64,000 nucleotides of DNA from a bacterium (GTDB lineage Bacteria; Patescibacteriota; Patescibacteriia; SG8-24): positions 225-64,224 of the forward strand of contig JAKAKZ010000004.1 in the NCBI GenBank assembly GCA_021824285.1, read 5' to 3'. The notes beneath the pieces are model-generated. The model was not told where the DNA came from. It saw only the letters and a program-made list of their open reading frames with translations, and searched no databases. Positions 38,029 to 45,901 of the stretch are shown in pieces (within the stretch, counting starts at the first letter, position 1; each line of letters starts with the position of its first letter). Both the position numbers and the translations under genes were made by a program.

Positions 38029-39408
38029 ATGCCCAAAACCGCCGTTACCGCCGTCTACGTCTGCGCCCAATGCGACGCCCAGAGCCCGAAATGGAACGGG
38101 CAGTGCCTGGAATGCGGCACCTGGGGTTCGCTTCAGATCCAGGCCGCGCCGTCTAAGGCCGCGACCGCCAAAAAACTGGGTGCGCTCGTGGCCGCCTCCC
38201 CCATTACGGGTTTCGGCGATATCCGCGCCGAGGACGCCCGCCGCATCACCACCGGCATCGGCGAACTCGATCGCGTCTTCGGCGGCGGCATCGTACTTGG
38301 TTCCGTGACGCTTTTGGGCGGCGAGCCGGGCATCGGCAAATCCACGCTCTCCTTGGCGCTTGCCTCCTCCGTGGCCGCGCGCGGCCGCAAGACCCTCTAC
38401 GTCTCCGGCGAGGAGTCGGCCGCGCAAGTCAAGCTCCGCGCCGACCGGCTCGGCCTGCGCCAGGACGGGATATATTTCCTCGGCGAAACGGACGTGGACG
38501 CCATCATCGCCACACTCGAGAAGGAAGGAGCCGAATTCGCCGTCATCGACTCGGTCCAGACCCTGACTGCCGCGGAACTGCCGTCCGAGGCCGGCGCGAC
38601 CAACCAGGTACGCTACGCGGCCGCGCGGCTCGTCGGTTTCGCCAAGGCGCGCGGCGTACCGCTGATTGTCATCGGCCACGTCACGAAAGACGGCAACGTC
38701 GCCGGCCCGAAGACCCTCGAGCACGTGGTGGATACGGTGCTCTCTTTCGAAGGCGAACGCAGTCACCCGCTCCGCACGCTGCATTCGGCCAAGAACCGCT
38801 TCGGCTCCACGGACGAGACCGGCATCTTCGCCATGACCGAGACGGGACTCGCGGAAATCAAGAACCCGTCCGCCTACCTGCTCGACGAACGCCGTGCCGG
38901 CACGCCCGGTTCGGTCATCTGCTGCGTCATGGAAGGCACGCGCCCGATGCTCGTCGAGATACAGGCGCTCGTGCGGCACATGCAGTTCGGCTACCCGACG
39001 CGCCGCGCCACCGGTTTCGACCAGGCGCGCCTCGAAATGCTCGTGGCCGTGCTCGCCAAGCGCGGCGGCATCGACCTGGGCCAGCATGACGTCTACGTGA
39101 ACGTGGTCGGCGGACTGAAGGTCCGCGAACCCGCGGCTGATCTGGCCGTGCTCGCGGCCCTCGTTTCCGCGTATCGCGACCGGCCACTGCCGGACGATGC
39201 GGCGGCCTGGGGCGAAGTCGGCTTGGGCGGCGAGGTCCGCTCAGTGCTCTCGGCCGACCGGCGGCTTTCCGAGGCCGCGGCGCTCGGCGTCAAACGCGTC
39301 CTCACCTCTCTACCACGCTCCGGCAAGATGAAAATGCCGGACGGGCTAGGCATCACGGAGATTGGCACCGTGGCCCAGTTGGCCGCCGTTATCGGGAAGA
39401 AGAACTGA
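38029..39408 (+). CDS. radA: DNA repair protein RadA/Sms
   Basis: CxxC...CxxC zinc finger, GGEPGIGKST, KNRFG, Lon-like C-terminus. Confidence 0.97.
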   Translation: MPKTAVTAVYVCAQCDAQSPKWNGQCLECGTWGSLQIQAAPSKAATAKKLGALVAASPITGFGDIRAEDARRITTGIGELDRVFGGGIVLGSVTLLGGEPGIGKSTLSLALASSVAARGRKTLYVSGEESAAQVKLRADRLGLRQDGIYFLGETDVDAIIATLEKEGAEFAVIDSVQTLTAAELPSEAGATNQVRYAAARLVGFAKARGVPLIVIGHVTKDGNVAGPKTLEHVVDTVLSFEGERSHPLRTLHSAKNRFGSTDETGIFAMTETGLAEIKNPSAYLLDERRAGTPGSVICCVMEGTRPMLVEIQALVRHMQFGYPTRRATGFDQARLEMLVAVLAKRGGIDLGQHDVYVNVVGGLKVREPAADLAVLAALVSAYRDRPLPDDAAAWGEVGLGGEVRSVLSADRRLSEAAALGVKRVLTSLPRSGKMKMPDGLGITEIGTVAQLAAVIGKKN

Positions 39409-39465
39409 TGAGGCGTCGTGACGTCTGGTCAACCAAAAACGGCCCCGAGTGGGGCCGTTTCGCGT

Positions 39466-41541
39466 TCATTCCAGATGGACCTTGTTCAGTGCGTTAGAGG
39501 ATAGTACCGCTTCCGCCGTCTTCTCCTGCTCACCTCCCAACATAGCCACGGCGGCCTTCACTTCCTGGATGAGCCGGGCATCACCGAGCGAGGCCACCCG
39601 GAATCCCGGAAACCCGGATTGCAGCTCGCCCAAAAGTTCGCCGGGGCCGCGCATGGCCAAATCCTTTTCTGCGAGATCAAAACCGTCCTGCAGCTCGACC
39701 ATGGCGCGCAGCCGTTCCTTTTCCGCCGCTTCGTCGGTGGACGGCAGCAGCAGGCAGTAGGACTGGTGCTCGCTGCGGCCCACGCGGCCGCGGAACTGGT
39801 GCAGCTGGGCCAGTCCGAAGCGCTCGGCTCCGGAGATGCACATCACAGTGGCGTTCGGCACGTCGATTCCGACCTCCACCACCGAAGTGGACACGAGAGC
39901 CATGATCTTCCTTTCCAGAAAATCGCGCATCACGGCCTCCTTCTCCGCCGCCGCCAGGCGGCCATGCAGCAGACCGACCCCAATGCCGGGCAGCTCCACC
40001 TTGGACAGCCGATCGAATTCCTCTTCCGCGGACACCGTCTCCACCGCCTCCGACTCCTCGATGAGCGGACAGACCACGAAGGCCTGCCGACCAGCGGCTA
40101 TCTGTTCCCGGATGAAATCATAGGCGTCGGTGCGGCGGCTGGCCGGCACGAGCCGCGTCAGGATCGGTTTACGGTCCTTGGGTTTCTGCCGGAGCAGGGA
40201 AAGGTCCAAATCGCCGAGGACCGTGAGCGCCAGTGAGCGCGGGATGGGCGTCGCGGTCATGGACAGCAGGTGCGGCTCCACGCCTGGTTCCGCGCCCTTC
40301 TCGCAGAGCAATTGCCGGGCCCGGACGCCGAAGCGGTGCTGCTCGTCCACGACCGCCAGCGCCAGACGGCGGAACCCGACGGCTTCCTCAATAAGCGCGT
40401 GGGTCCCAACCACGACCGGCACGCGGCCGGCCGCGATATCGTCCGCCAGTCGCGCGGCCTCGGCCTTGTTGGCGCAGGCGAGCTCCTTGCCGTCCGCGAA
40501 GCAGCGGCGATAGGCGTTGGTCCAAAGCGCCACGGAAACCGGCTGGCCGGCGAAGACCTTCTTGAGCGACTCGTAATGCTGCTTGGCCAGGATTTCGGTC
40601 GGGGCCATAAGCGCGCTCTGGCAGCCCGAAGCGGCCGCGTTAATCATGGCGATGGCCGCGACCACGGTCTTGCCACTGCCCACATCGCCGTCGAGCAGGC
40701 GGTTCATGGGTGCGGCCTTAGCCATGTCGAGCAGCGCCTCCCAAGCGGCGCGCCGCTGGTCGTCCGTGAGGCGGAACGGTAGTGCGGCCACAAGACGCCG
40801 GGTGACGGCCTCGTCGAACCGTACCGGAATCCCCTTTTTACCCTGCCGCAGTCGGCGCAACTCGGCCATGGACAGCTCCAGACGGAACAGCTCGTCGAAA
40901 CCGAGACGGCGGCGGGCCGCATCGCGTCCGTCATGTGTCGCCGGAAAATGTGCCTCACGCACCGCCTCCGCCAGGCTGACCAGGCCGAAACGCCGCCGGA
41001 CCTGCCCAGGCAGCGTCTCCTCCAACTCTGCGGCAAGCGGTTCGGCCGTGCGCACCAGGCGGCGCATCAGCGCCTGGCTGATGCCCTTAGGCAAGGAATA
41101 GACCGGGAGGAGCGGCGACAGGTAGCCGCGTTCGCTTGTCGTCGGCTCATGCAGCGGACTGATAAGCCGGAGCCCGAATTTAGAGGCAGTCACCTTGCCG
41201 GCCAACCTATAGGTCGAGCCGACGGTGAGCGACTTCTGCAGATACGGCTGGTTGAACCAGAGTGCCGTCAGTTTCCCGCTGTCGTCCTTGAGGACGGCCT
41301 CCGTGAGCGACATGCGCCGGCCCCAGGCCCGGCGGCTGCGGACCTTCTCCACTTCGGCGATGACCGTAACCTGCTCCCCCGCTCGCGCGTCGGCCAACTT
41401 CACGCAGCGGCTGAAATCCTCATAGCGGAACGGGAAATGGAAAAGCAGATCGCGCACGGTGCGGATTTCGATGGAGTTCAGGGCGGAAATGGCGCTGCGG
41501 CTTTTCGGGCTCAAGACCGAGACCGGGCTGGAGAGGTCCAT
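39466..41541 (-). CDS. recG: ATP-dependent DNA helicase RecG
   Basis: GDVGSGKT, DEQHRFG, MTATPIPRSL, QLHQFRGRVGR. Confidence 0.97.
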   Translation of the reverse strand: MDLSSPVSVLSPKSRSAISALNSIEIRTVRDLLFHFPFRYEDFSRCVKLADARAGEQVTVIAEVEKVRSRRAWGRRMSLTEAVLKDDSGKLTALWFNQPYLQKSLTVGSTYRLAGKVTASKFGLRLISPLHEPTTSERGYLSPLLPVYSLPKGISQALMRRLVRTAEPLAAELEETLPGQVRRRFGLVSLAEAVREAHFPATHDGRDAARRRLGFDELFRLELSMAELRRLRQGKKGIPVRFDEAVTRRLVAALPFRLTDDQRRAAWEALLDMAKAAPMNRLLDGDVGSGKTVVAAIAMINAAASGCQSALMAPTEILAKQHYESLKKVFAGQPVSVALWTNAYRRCFADGKELACANKAEAARLADDIAAGRVPVVVGTHALIEEAVGFRRLALAVVDEQHRFGVRARQLLCEKGAEPGVEPHLLSMTATPIPRSLALTVLGDLDLSLLRQKPKDRKPILTRLVPASRRTDAYDFIREQIAAGRQAFVVCPLIEESEAVETVSAEEEFDRLSKVELPGIGVGLLHGRLAAAEKEAVMRDFLERKIMALVSTSVVEVGIDVPNATVMCISGAERFGLAQLHQFRGRVGRSEHQSYCLLLPSTDEAAEKERLRAMVELQDGFDLAEKDLAMRGPGELLGELQSGFPGFRVASLGDARLIQEVKAAVAMLGGEQEKTAEAVLSSNALNKVHLE

Positions 41542-41625
41542 ATGCGCCTATATCGTATCGGGGACTGTCCCATTTAGGCAAAAATCAATCAAACGAAAAA
41601 CACCGGTGTTCCCGGTGTTTTCCGA

Positions 41626-41723
41626 TGGTGCGCCCGGCACGATTCCCCCGCCACCCATCTTTAGTCAAAGAAGGCGGGGTCCCGCCAACGGCGGGAGAAC
41701 GTGCGACCTCATCCTCCGCAGGG
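41626..41723 (-). pseudogene. Duplicated 3' part of tRNA-Arg with T-loop insertion
   Basis: Matches 41913-41959 except for the 51-bp insertion; the downstream terminator is duplicated too (41597-41625 vs 41884-41912). Confidence 0.85.
41646..41696 (-). mobile_element. Twin-hairpin mini-element, copy 4 (in tRNA T-loop)
   Basis: Inserted at GTTC^GAATC with no target duplication. Confidence 0.85.
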
Positions 41724-41832
41724 GTCAGGCGCGAGACACGCAGCGCCTGGCGGGCGGCAAAAGCCGCCCGGGCTTGTCGGTTCTGTTTTTTGACCGAGCC
41801 GAAGGCGAGAAATACGCGCACGGCCTGACCAA
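41724..41832 (+). mobile_element. Three-hairpin element, copy A
   Basis: gtcaggcgc-gagacacgca-gcgcctggc, gggcggc-aaaa-gccgccc, ttttttgaccgag..cgaga..tgaccaa; homologous to 43711-43816. Confidence 0.65.
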
Positions 41833-41912
41833 TATGACACATCGGCTGGTGGGACGGCTCCAGGCGCATCCCTGCGAAAACAGAAAACACCGGTGTTCCC
41901 GGTGTCCTCCGA

Positions 41913-41990
41913 TGGTGCGCCCGGCACGATTCGAACGTGCGACCTCATCCTCCGCAGGGATGCGCTCTATCCAAACTGAGCTACGGGCGC
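41913..41990 (-). tRNA. tRNA-Arg(GCG)
   Basis: Cloverleaf GCGCCCG...; anticodon arm CATCC-CTGCGGA-GGATG; GTTCGAATC; encoded CCA. Confidence 0.93.
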
Positions 41991-42124
41991 GGCTTATTTT
42001 CTGCTTCCAAAGAAGGGGCTAACCGGCTCGGCGGCGACTTCCCCGCCCCAAGACTGACGCCGAATACGATAACACAACTCCCCAATTTTGGGAAGGGGCT
42101 TACCGTCCGACCGGTAGACTAACT

Positions 42125-42646
42125 CTAGAGCTTAAGGAAACGCCCGATGAAATCGCTGGCCGTTGGCTGAGTATTGATGCGGTCCTCCTTCAAAAACCTA
42201 CCCAGGATAGGCCGAATCTCCTCCGGCAGGACATCCGACAGGTCGATGCCGACCTCGCCCTTGAACAGGTCGCGGGTGCGCAAATAGACGCTCTGAACCA
42301 CGGGCGGCTCATAGACTACACGGAAACTTTCAATGGAAGAAAAGGGCAGGAACTCGCGGCCGATCTGTATTCCGCGTTCCGTAATGGCCATCCGCAGGAC
42401 ACGCGGTTCAGCGGCCGCGTTCAGGTAAATGACCAGGGCGAACAGCAGGATAAGCAGGGCGAACAGGAAGTTCGCAGTCGCGACGGCGTAGATGAGCAGG
42501 GCGATGCCCAAACCGGCGGAAATGCCGTACCAAAGCAGGCCGCGCTCATAGTGCGGCCGTTCCGAAAACTCCCAGGCGATCAGCACCTGCGGCTCCATAA
42601 GCTCGGCTACCTCTGTGGTCGCTTGGTCCTGAACTTGGTCGGTCAT
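42125..42646 (-). CDS. Conserved CPR-type membrane protein (2 TM plus PH-like domain)
   Basis: W..ERPHYERGLLWY, two TMs, ITERGIQIG pattern. Confidence 0.75.
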   Translation of the reverse strand: MTDQVQDQATTEVAELMEPQVLIAWEFSERPHYERGLLWYGISAGLGIALLIYAVATANFLFALLILLFALVIYLNAAAEPRVLRMAITERGIQIGREFLPFSSIESFRVVYEPPVVQSVYLRTRDLFKGEVGIDLSDVLPEEIRPILGRFLKEDRINTQPTASDFIGRFLKL

Positions 42647-42760
42647 AAGCTTATTTAGGCTAACGCCTACCTCTTATTTATAGCGTATTCCGGTCATCTT
42701 GACAAAAGGCCCTAAATGGGCTAAGCTACGCAGTTCTTTAAACATGGAAAGGAGAACGGC

Positions 42761-43600
42761 GTGTTCGCGAACGAGTTTGGTATCCTGCCGCAGCTGTCTG
42801 ACCAAGAGGAACCGATTCCCCTCCCCGGAGGGGTGGCCGACGAGAAACTGCTCGGCACCATCAACCACGTCCTGCGCCAGCACGGGCTCGACTCCTGGAC
42901 GGCGATCCAGTTGGGCCGGCCCGACCGGTGCGAGGTCATCGACCTGAACGGCTACGCGACGCTCAACCCGGGCCGCGTCCGACTCAACCTGAAGATCAAG
43001 GACGGCGACCAGACCTACGATACGCACCTCAACGTCGGCGGCCGGTTCGCCTTCGTCATCCCGATCGTGACCCTCACGGAGCGGGACGCGAGCATCCGCC
43101 CGGAAGACGAGGGGCTGCATCTGCTGACTCGCTCGCGTCTCGAGGGGCGCCAGGAGGAGGCCGGCTGGCTGAAGACGTTCGGACCCGAAGAGGCCGCCAC
43201 CATCCGGCAGTTCCACCTGCTGGGAACTTCCTGGGAGGCGCCGCGCAAGCTGCTCATGGAGTTCGACGAGAACCGCGAACTGGATCCGTTCGCCGGACCG
43301 GCCCGCGAGGTGCTGCAGAGCGCCTTCGGCGACGACTACGTGGCGGCTTTGGACCAGGCGTCAGTGATGCCGCTCGGCGCGCTGCGCATCAAGGGCGAGT
43401 TCGCCTTGGCCCGCGCCTACTTCTTCCGCGCCTGCATCTACGGCAAGCTCAGCTGGAACGACCTGCGAGGCCGCGTGATCCGCATTCCGCTCAAGAAGGT
43501 CAGGCCGGCGCTCAATCGGCTGGCTGGCCTCGCGGACACCGAGACCTTCGCCGTGCTGTCCTCCGCCATCCTCAAGGCACCGGCCGGAACCTTCGGCTAA
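42761..43600 (+). CDS. Hypothetical protein, possibly a degenerate Nudix fold
   Basis: GTG start after GAAAGGAG; TTGACA-N17-TAAGCT at 42699-42727; terminator after the stop; WEAPR...AREVL. Confidence 0.7.
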   Translation: MFANEFGILPQLSDQEEPIPLPGGVADEKLLGTINHVLRQHGLDSWTAIQLGRPDRCEVIDLNGYATLNPGRVRLNLKIKDGDQTYDTHLNVGGRFAFVIPIVTLTERDASIRPEDEGLHLLTRSRLEGRQEEAGWLKTFGPEEAATIRQFHLLGTSWEAPRKLLMEFDENRELDPFAGPAREVLQSAFGDDYVAALDQASVMPLGALRIKGEFALARAYFFRACIYGKLSWNDLRGRVIRIPLKKVRPALNRLAGLADTETFAVLSSAILKAPAGTFG

Positions 43601-43691
43601 ACAGCCGCTTTTGACCCCCTTTCGGGGGTCTTTTTTATAGATTAGGCCTTCACAAAGGGCGTCAGATGTATTAGGATACCGCTTGCCGAAT

Positions 43692-43816
43692 GGAGGGTTG
43701 CGCCGAATGGGTCGCCGTGAGACATCGAACGGCGACGGGCGGCAAAAGACGCCCTGGCTTCCCGGCTCATTTTTTTGACCGAGGCGGAGCCGAGACCTAT
43801 AGGTTCTTTTGACCAA
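43692..43816 (+). pseudogene. 5' fragment of tRNA-Ser(GCT) followed by three-hairpin element copy B
   Basis: ggagggttgcgccgaatgg identical to 43827-43845; the element starts right after the D-loop GG at 43711. Confidence 0.75.
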
Positions 43817-43826
43817 ACTAACGCAT

Positions 43827-43915
43827 GGAGGGTTGCGCCGAATGGTAAGGCAACAGTTTGCTAAACTGTGACCTCGAAAGGGGTCTTATAGGTTCGATTC
43901 CTATACCCTCCGCCA
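43827..43915 (+). tRNA. tRNA-Ser(GCT)
   Basis: ACAGT-TTGCTAA-ACTGT anticodon arm, long variable arm, GGTTCGATTCC, GCCA end. Confidence 0.93.
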
Positions 43916-44012
43916 CGCAAAAACCGGAGCCTTCTGGCCCCGGTTTTTGCGTTGTCAGACTGGCTCACGTTCCAGCTAACCCGCCTGATTTTCGGATCAT
44001 GACTACTCCCCT

Positions 44013-44149
44013 GTCCGCCCACTCGGCCACCCATGTTTACTTTTAAAGCGGAGGGGGTGAGATTCCCCCGCCACCCATCTCTAGTCAGAGAAGGCGGGGT
44101 CCCGCCCCAAAGGCGGGAGAACTCACGGACCCTTGCGGGTCAACAGTTT
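44013..44149 (-). pseudogene. Duplicated 3' part of tRNA-Ser(TGA) plus flank, with T-loop insertion
   Basis: 44013-44065 plus 44119-44149 equals 44314-44397. Confidence 0.85.
44066..44118 (-). mobile_element. Twin-hairpin mini-element, copy 5 (in tRNA T-loop)
   Basis: Inserted at GTTC^GAATC with no target duplication. Confidence 0.85.
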
Positions 44150-44168
44150 GGCCGCCTGACGACTTTCC

Positions 44169-44337
44169 GGCGGAGGGGGTGAGATTTGAACTCACGGTGC
44201 CTTTCGGCACGGCAGTTTTCAAGACTGCTGCCTTGTTCGGCTCGACAATAATCTGAAGGTCTCGCCGAACACCAGGGCAGCCAATGCTGCCCGCAGACGC
44301 TGCGTCAACTCGCGTCCGCCCACTCGGCCACCCATGT
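44169..44337 (-). pseudogene. Divergent tRNA-Ser(TGA) with an 85-nt D-loop insertion (44235-44319)
   Basis: tgggtggccgagtgg[insert]aaggcagcagtcttgaaaactgc...gtgagttcaaatctcaccccctccgcc; the acceptor stem is mismatched. Confidence 0.75.
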
Positions 44338-44349
44338 TTACTTTTAAAG

Positions 44350-44434
44350 CGGAGGGGGTGAGATTCGAACTCACGGACCCTTGCGGGTCAACAGTTTTCA
44401 AGACTGTCCTCTTAAACCGCTCGAGCACCCCTCC
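44350..44434 (-). tRNA. tRNA-Ser(TGA)
   Basis: GGAGGGG acceptor, ACAGT-CTTGAAA-ACTGT, variable arm, GTTCGAATC; CCA not encoded. Confidence 0.92.
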
Positions 44435-44489
44435 ACCCTAAAAATAAACTCCGCGGCTATCCTATTATATATGAAGGGGTTTGTTAAGC

Positions 44490-45245
44490 CTATCGGCCTA
44501 AACCTGGGCCGCCGCGCAAGACGGCCAAGGCGTACACTTGGCGCGCTCCTGCGGTTTTAAGCGCTGCGGCGCAGTCGTTCAAGGTAGCCCCGGAAGTTAG
44601 GACGTCGTCCACCAACAGGCAGGATGGGGGGACGCTCTGGCCAAGCCGCGCGGCAAAACTGCCGGCCCGCAGGCGGCGGCGATCAGCTTCGGGCGTGGCG
44701 GCCTGCCGCCGCAAAGAGAAGCGGCGGCGCAGCAATCCCACCTCGCATTCGGTGCCGAAATGCTCTGCAAAGGCGCGGGCCAGAACCGCCGCCTGATTGA
44801 AGCCGCGCAGGGCCAGGCGATACGGATGGAGCGGCACCGGCACGGCGACCGCCAGGGGCGCCAGTCCACGCCAGAACGGCGATGAATCCCAAGCTGCGCG
44901 GCAGAGGCCAAGAAGGGCACGGCCTTCCGCGAGGCCACCCTCGTACTTCCAGCGGCGCAGCAGCGTGCCCAGCGCCGGTTCCGCGTACGAACCAAGATAC
45001 ACGGCCCCATCGAGCGGCGACTTTCCGCACAAGCGCCGACCGCAGCGGCCGAGCAGCGCCGTATGCCGACCGCAGCCGGGACAAACAAAAACGGCCGCCA
45101 GGCGGCCGCTGATCTTGGCTCGACACCCGTCGCACATGACCGGCCCTTCGGAACCGCAACCGGAACAGCGGTCAGGAAAGACCGCCGCGAGTACCGTCCT
45201 CAATAATTCCTTTTCTCTCCCCAATCCACGGAATCCGTCTTCCAT
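44490..45245 (-). CDS. comF: ComF family competence protein (zinc ribbon plus PRTase)
   Basis: FPDRCSGC, VPVPLH..R...RGFNQA, LLVDDVLTSGAT. Confidence 0.9.
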   Translation of the reverse strand: MEDGFRGLGREKELLRTVLAAVFPDRCSGCGSEGPVMCDGCRAKISGRLAAVFVCPGCGRHTALLGRCGRRLCGKSPLDGAVYLGSYAEPALGTLLRRWKYEGGLAEGRALLGLCRAAWDSSPFWRGLAPLAVAVPVPLHPYRLALRGFNQAAVLARAFAEHFGTECEVGLLRRRFSLRRQAATPEADRRRLRAGSFAARLGQSVPPSCLLVDDVLTSGATLNDCAAALKTAGARQVYALAVLRGGPGLGR

Positions 45246-45847
45246 ACGCCATCGGCTAACTTCATGACAAGTGCGGCATCCTGATAAAACAGCGAGGCAG
45301 TGCCGTCGGCCAGCGATTCGCGGCGCTGTGTCGTGACTGTGGCCTTGGCGATACCTCCGTCCTTATCGAACAGCTGAAACTGGACCGACAGGGCCCTGGT
45401 CGTGACGCCGTAGAATTCGGCGTTGACCGCCGACCGCTCCTTCTGCGCCGCCACGTAGGCGTCAGTCTTGGAAGCCAGTCCGGAAGTCATAAGCGGCTTC
45501 AGGTCGAGCAGGTTGGAGTAATCAGCAGTGTTCGAGAAACTGCCGTAACGTTCGACGAAAGCCATGGCCAGACGGCGGGCATCGGCCCGCTCGTCCACCG
45601 TAACGGCCGGCTGGGCCGGCTGCGGTTGGGGCTGCGGCTTGGGGGCAGGCGTGATATCCGTGACCGTGCCGCCGGCCGCGCCCCCGCTCGACGGCAAAGC
45701 CGCCGTACCGCCCTGTTCGGACGGTGCCGGCACGTTGACCGTTTCCGGAGCCTGTTGGGTCTGCCGCAAAAGCAGCAGCGCCAAAGCCGCCAGCAGCAGC
45801 AGGACGACGACGGCAATCCCGATTTTCTGACCGCGACTTAATGCCAT
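45200..45847 (-). CDS. Single-TM protein with Pro/Gln linker and NTF2-like (VirB8/TcpC-like) C-terminus
   Basis: TM, PQPQPQP linker, AFVERYGSFS...LKPLMT...WKTD; directly downstream of the VirB4-like gene. The fold call is an inference. Confidence 0.6.
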   Translation of the reverse strand: MALSRGQKIGIAVVVLLLLAALALLLLRQTQQAPETVNVPAPSEQGGTAALPSSGGAAGGTVTDITPAPKPQPQPQPAQPAVTVDERADARRLAMAFVERYGSFSNTADYSNLLDLKPLMTSGLASKTDAYVAAQKERSAVNAEFYGVTTRALSVQFQLFDKDGGIAKATVTTQRRESLADGTASLFYQDAALVMKLADGVWKTDSVDWGEKRNY

Positions 45848-45901
45848 ATGCGTACGCTCCGCCGCTTCTTACATCCGCTGCCGGTCGGCGTCAAATCAAG
45901 C

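Noticed and set aside
44169-44337. Functional intron-containing tRNA-Ser or a group I intron
   Set aside because: The 85-nt insert is too short for a group I/II intron and lies in the D-loop. The acceptor stem is mismatched, so even a spliced product would probably be non-functional.
44219-44428. Short ORFs over tRNA loci (also 43858-44046, 41459-42022, 41585-41890)
   Set aside because: They are translations of tRNA and repeat sequence.
41597-44434. Prophage or integrative island bounded by tRNA att sites
   Set aside because: No integrase or phage genes are present, and the duplicated segments are only 0.1-0.3 kb apart and involve different tRNAs.
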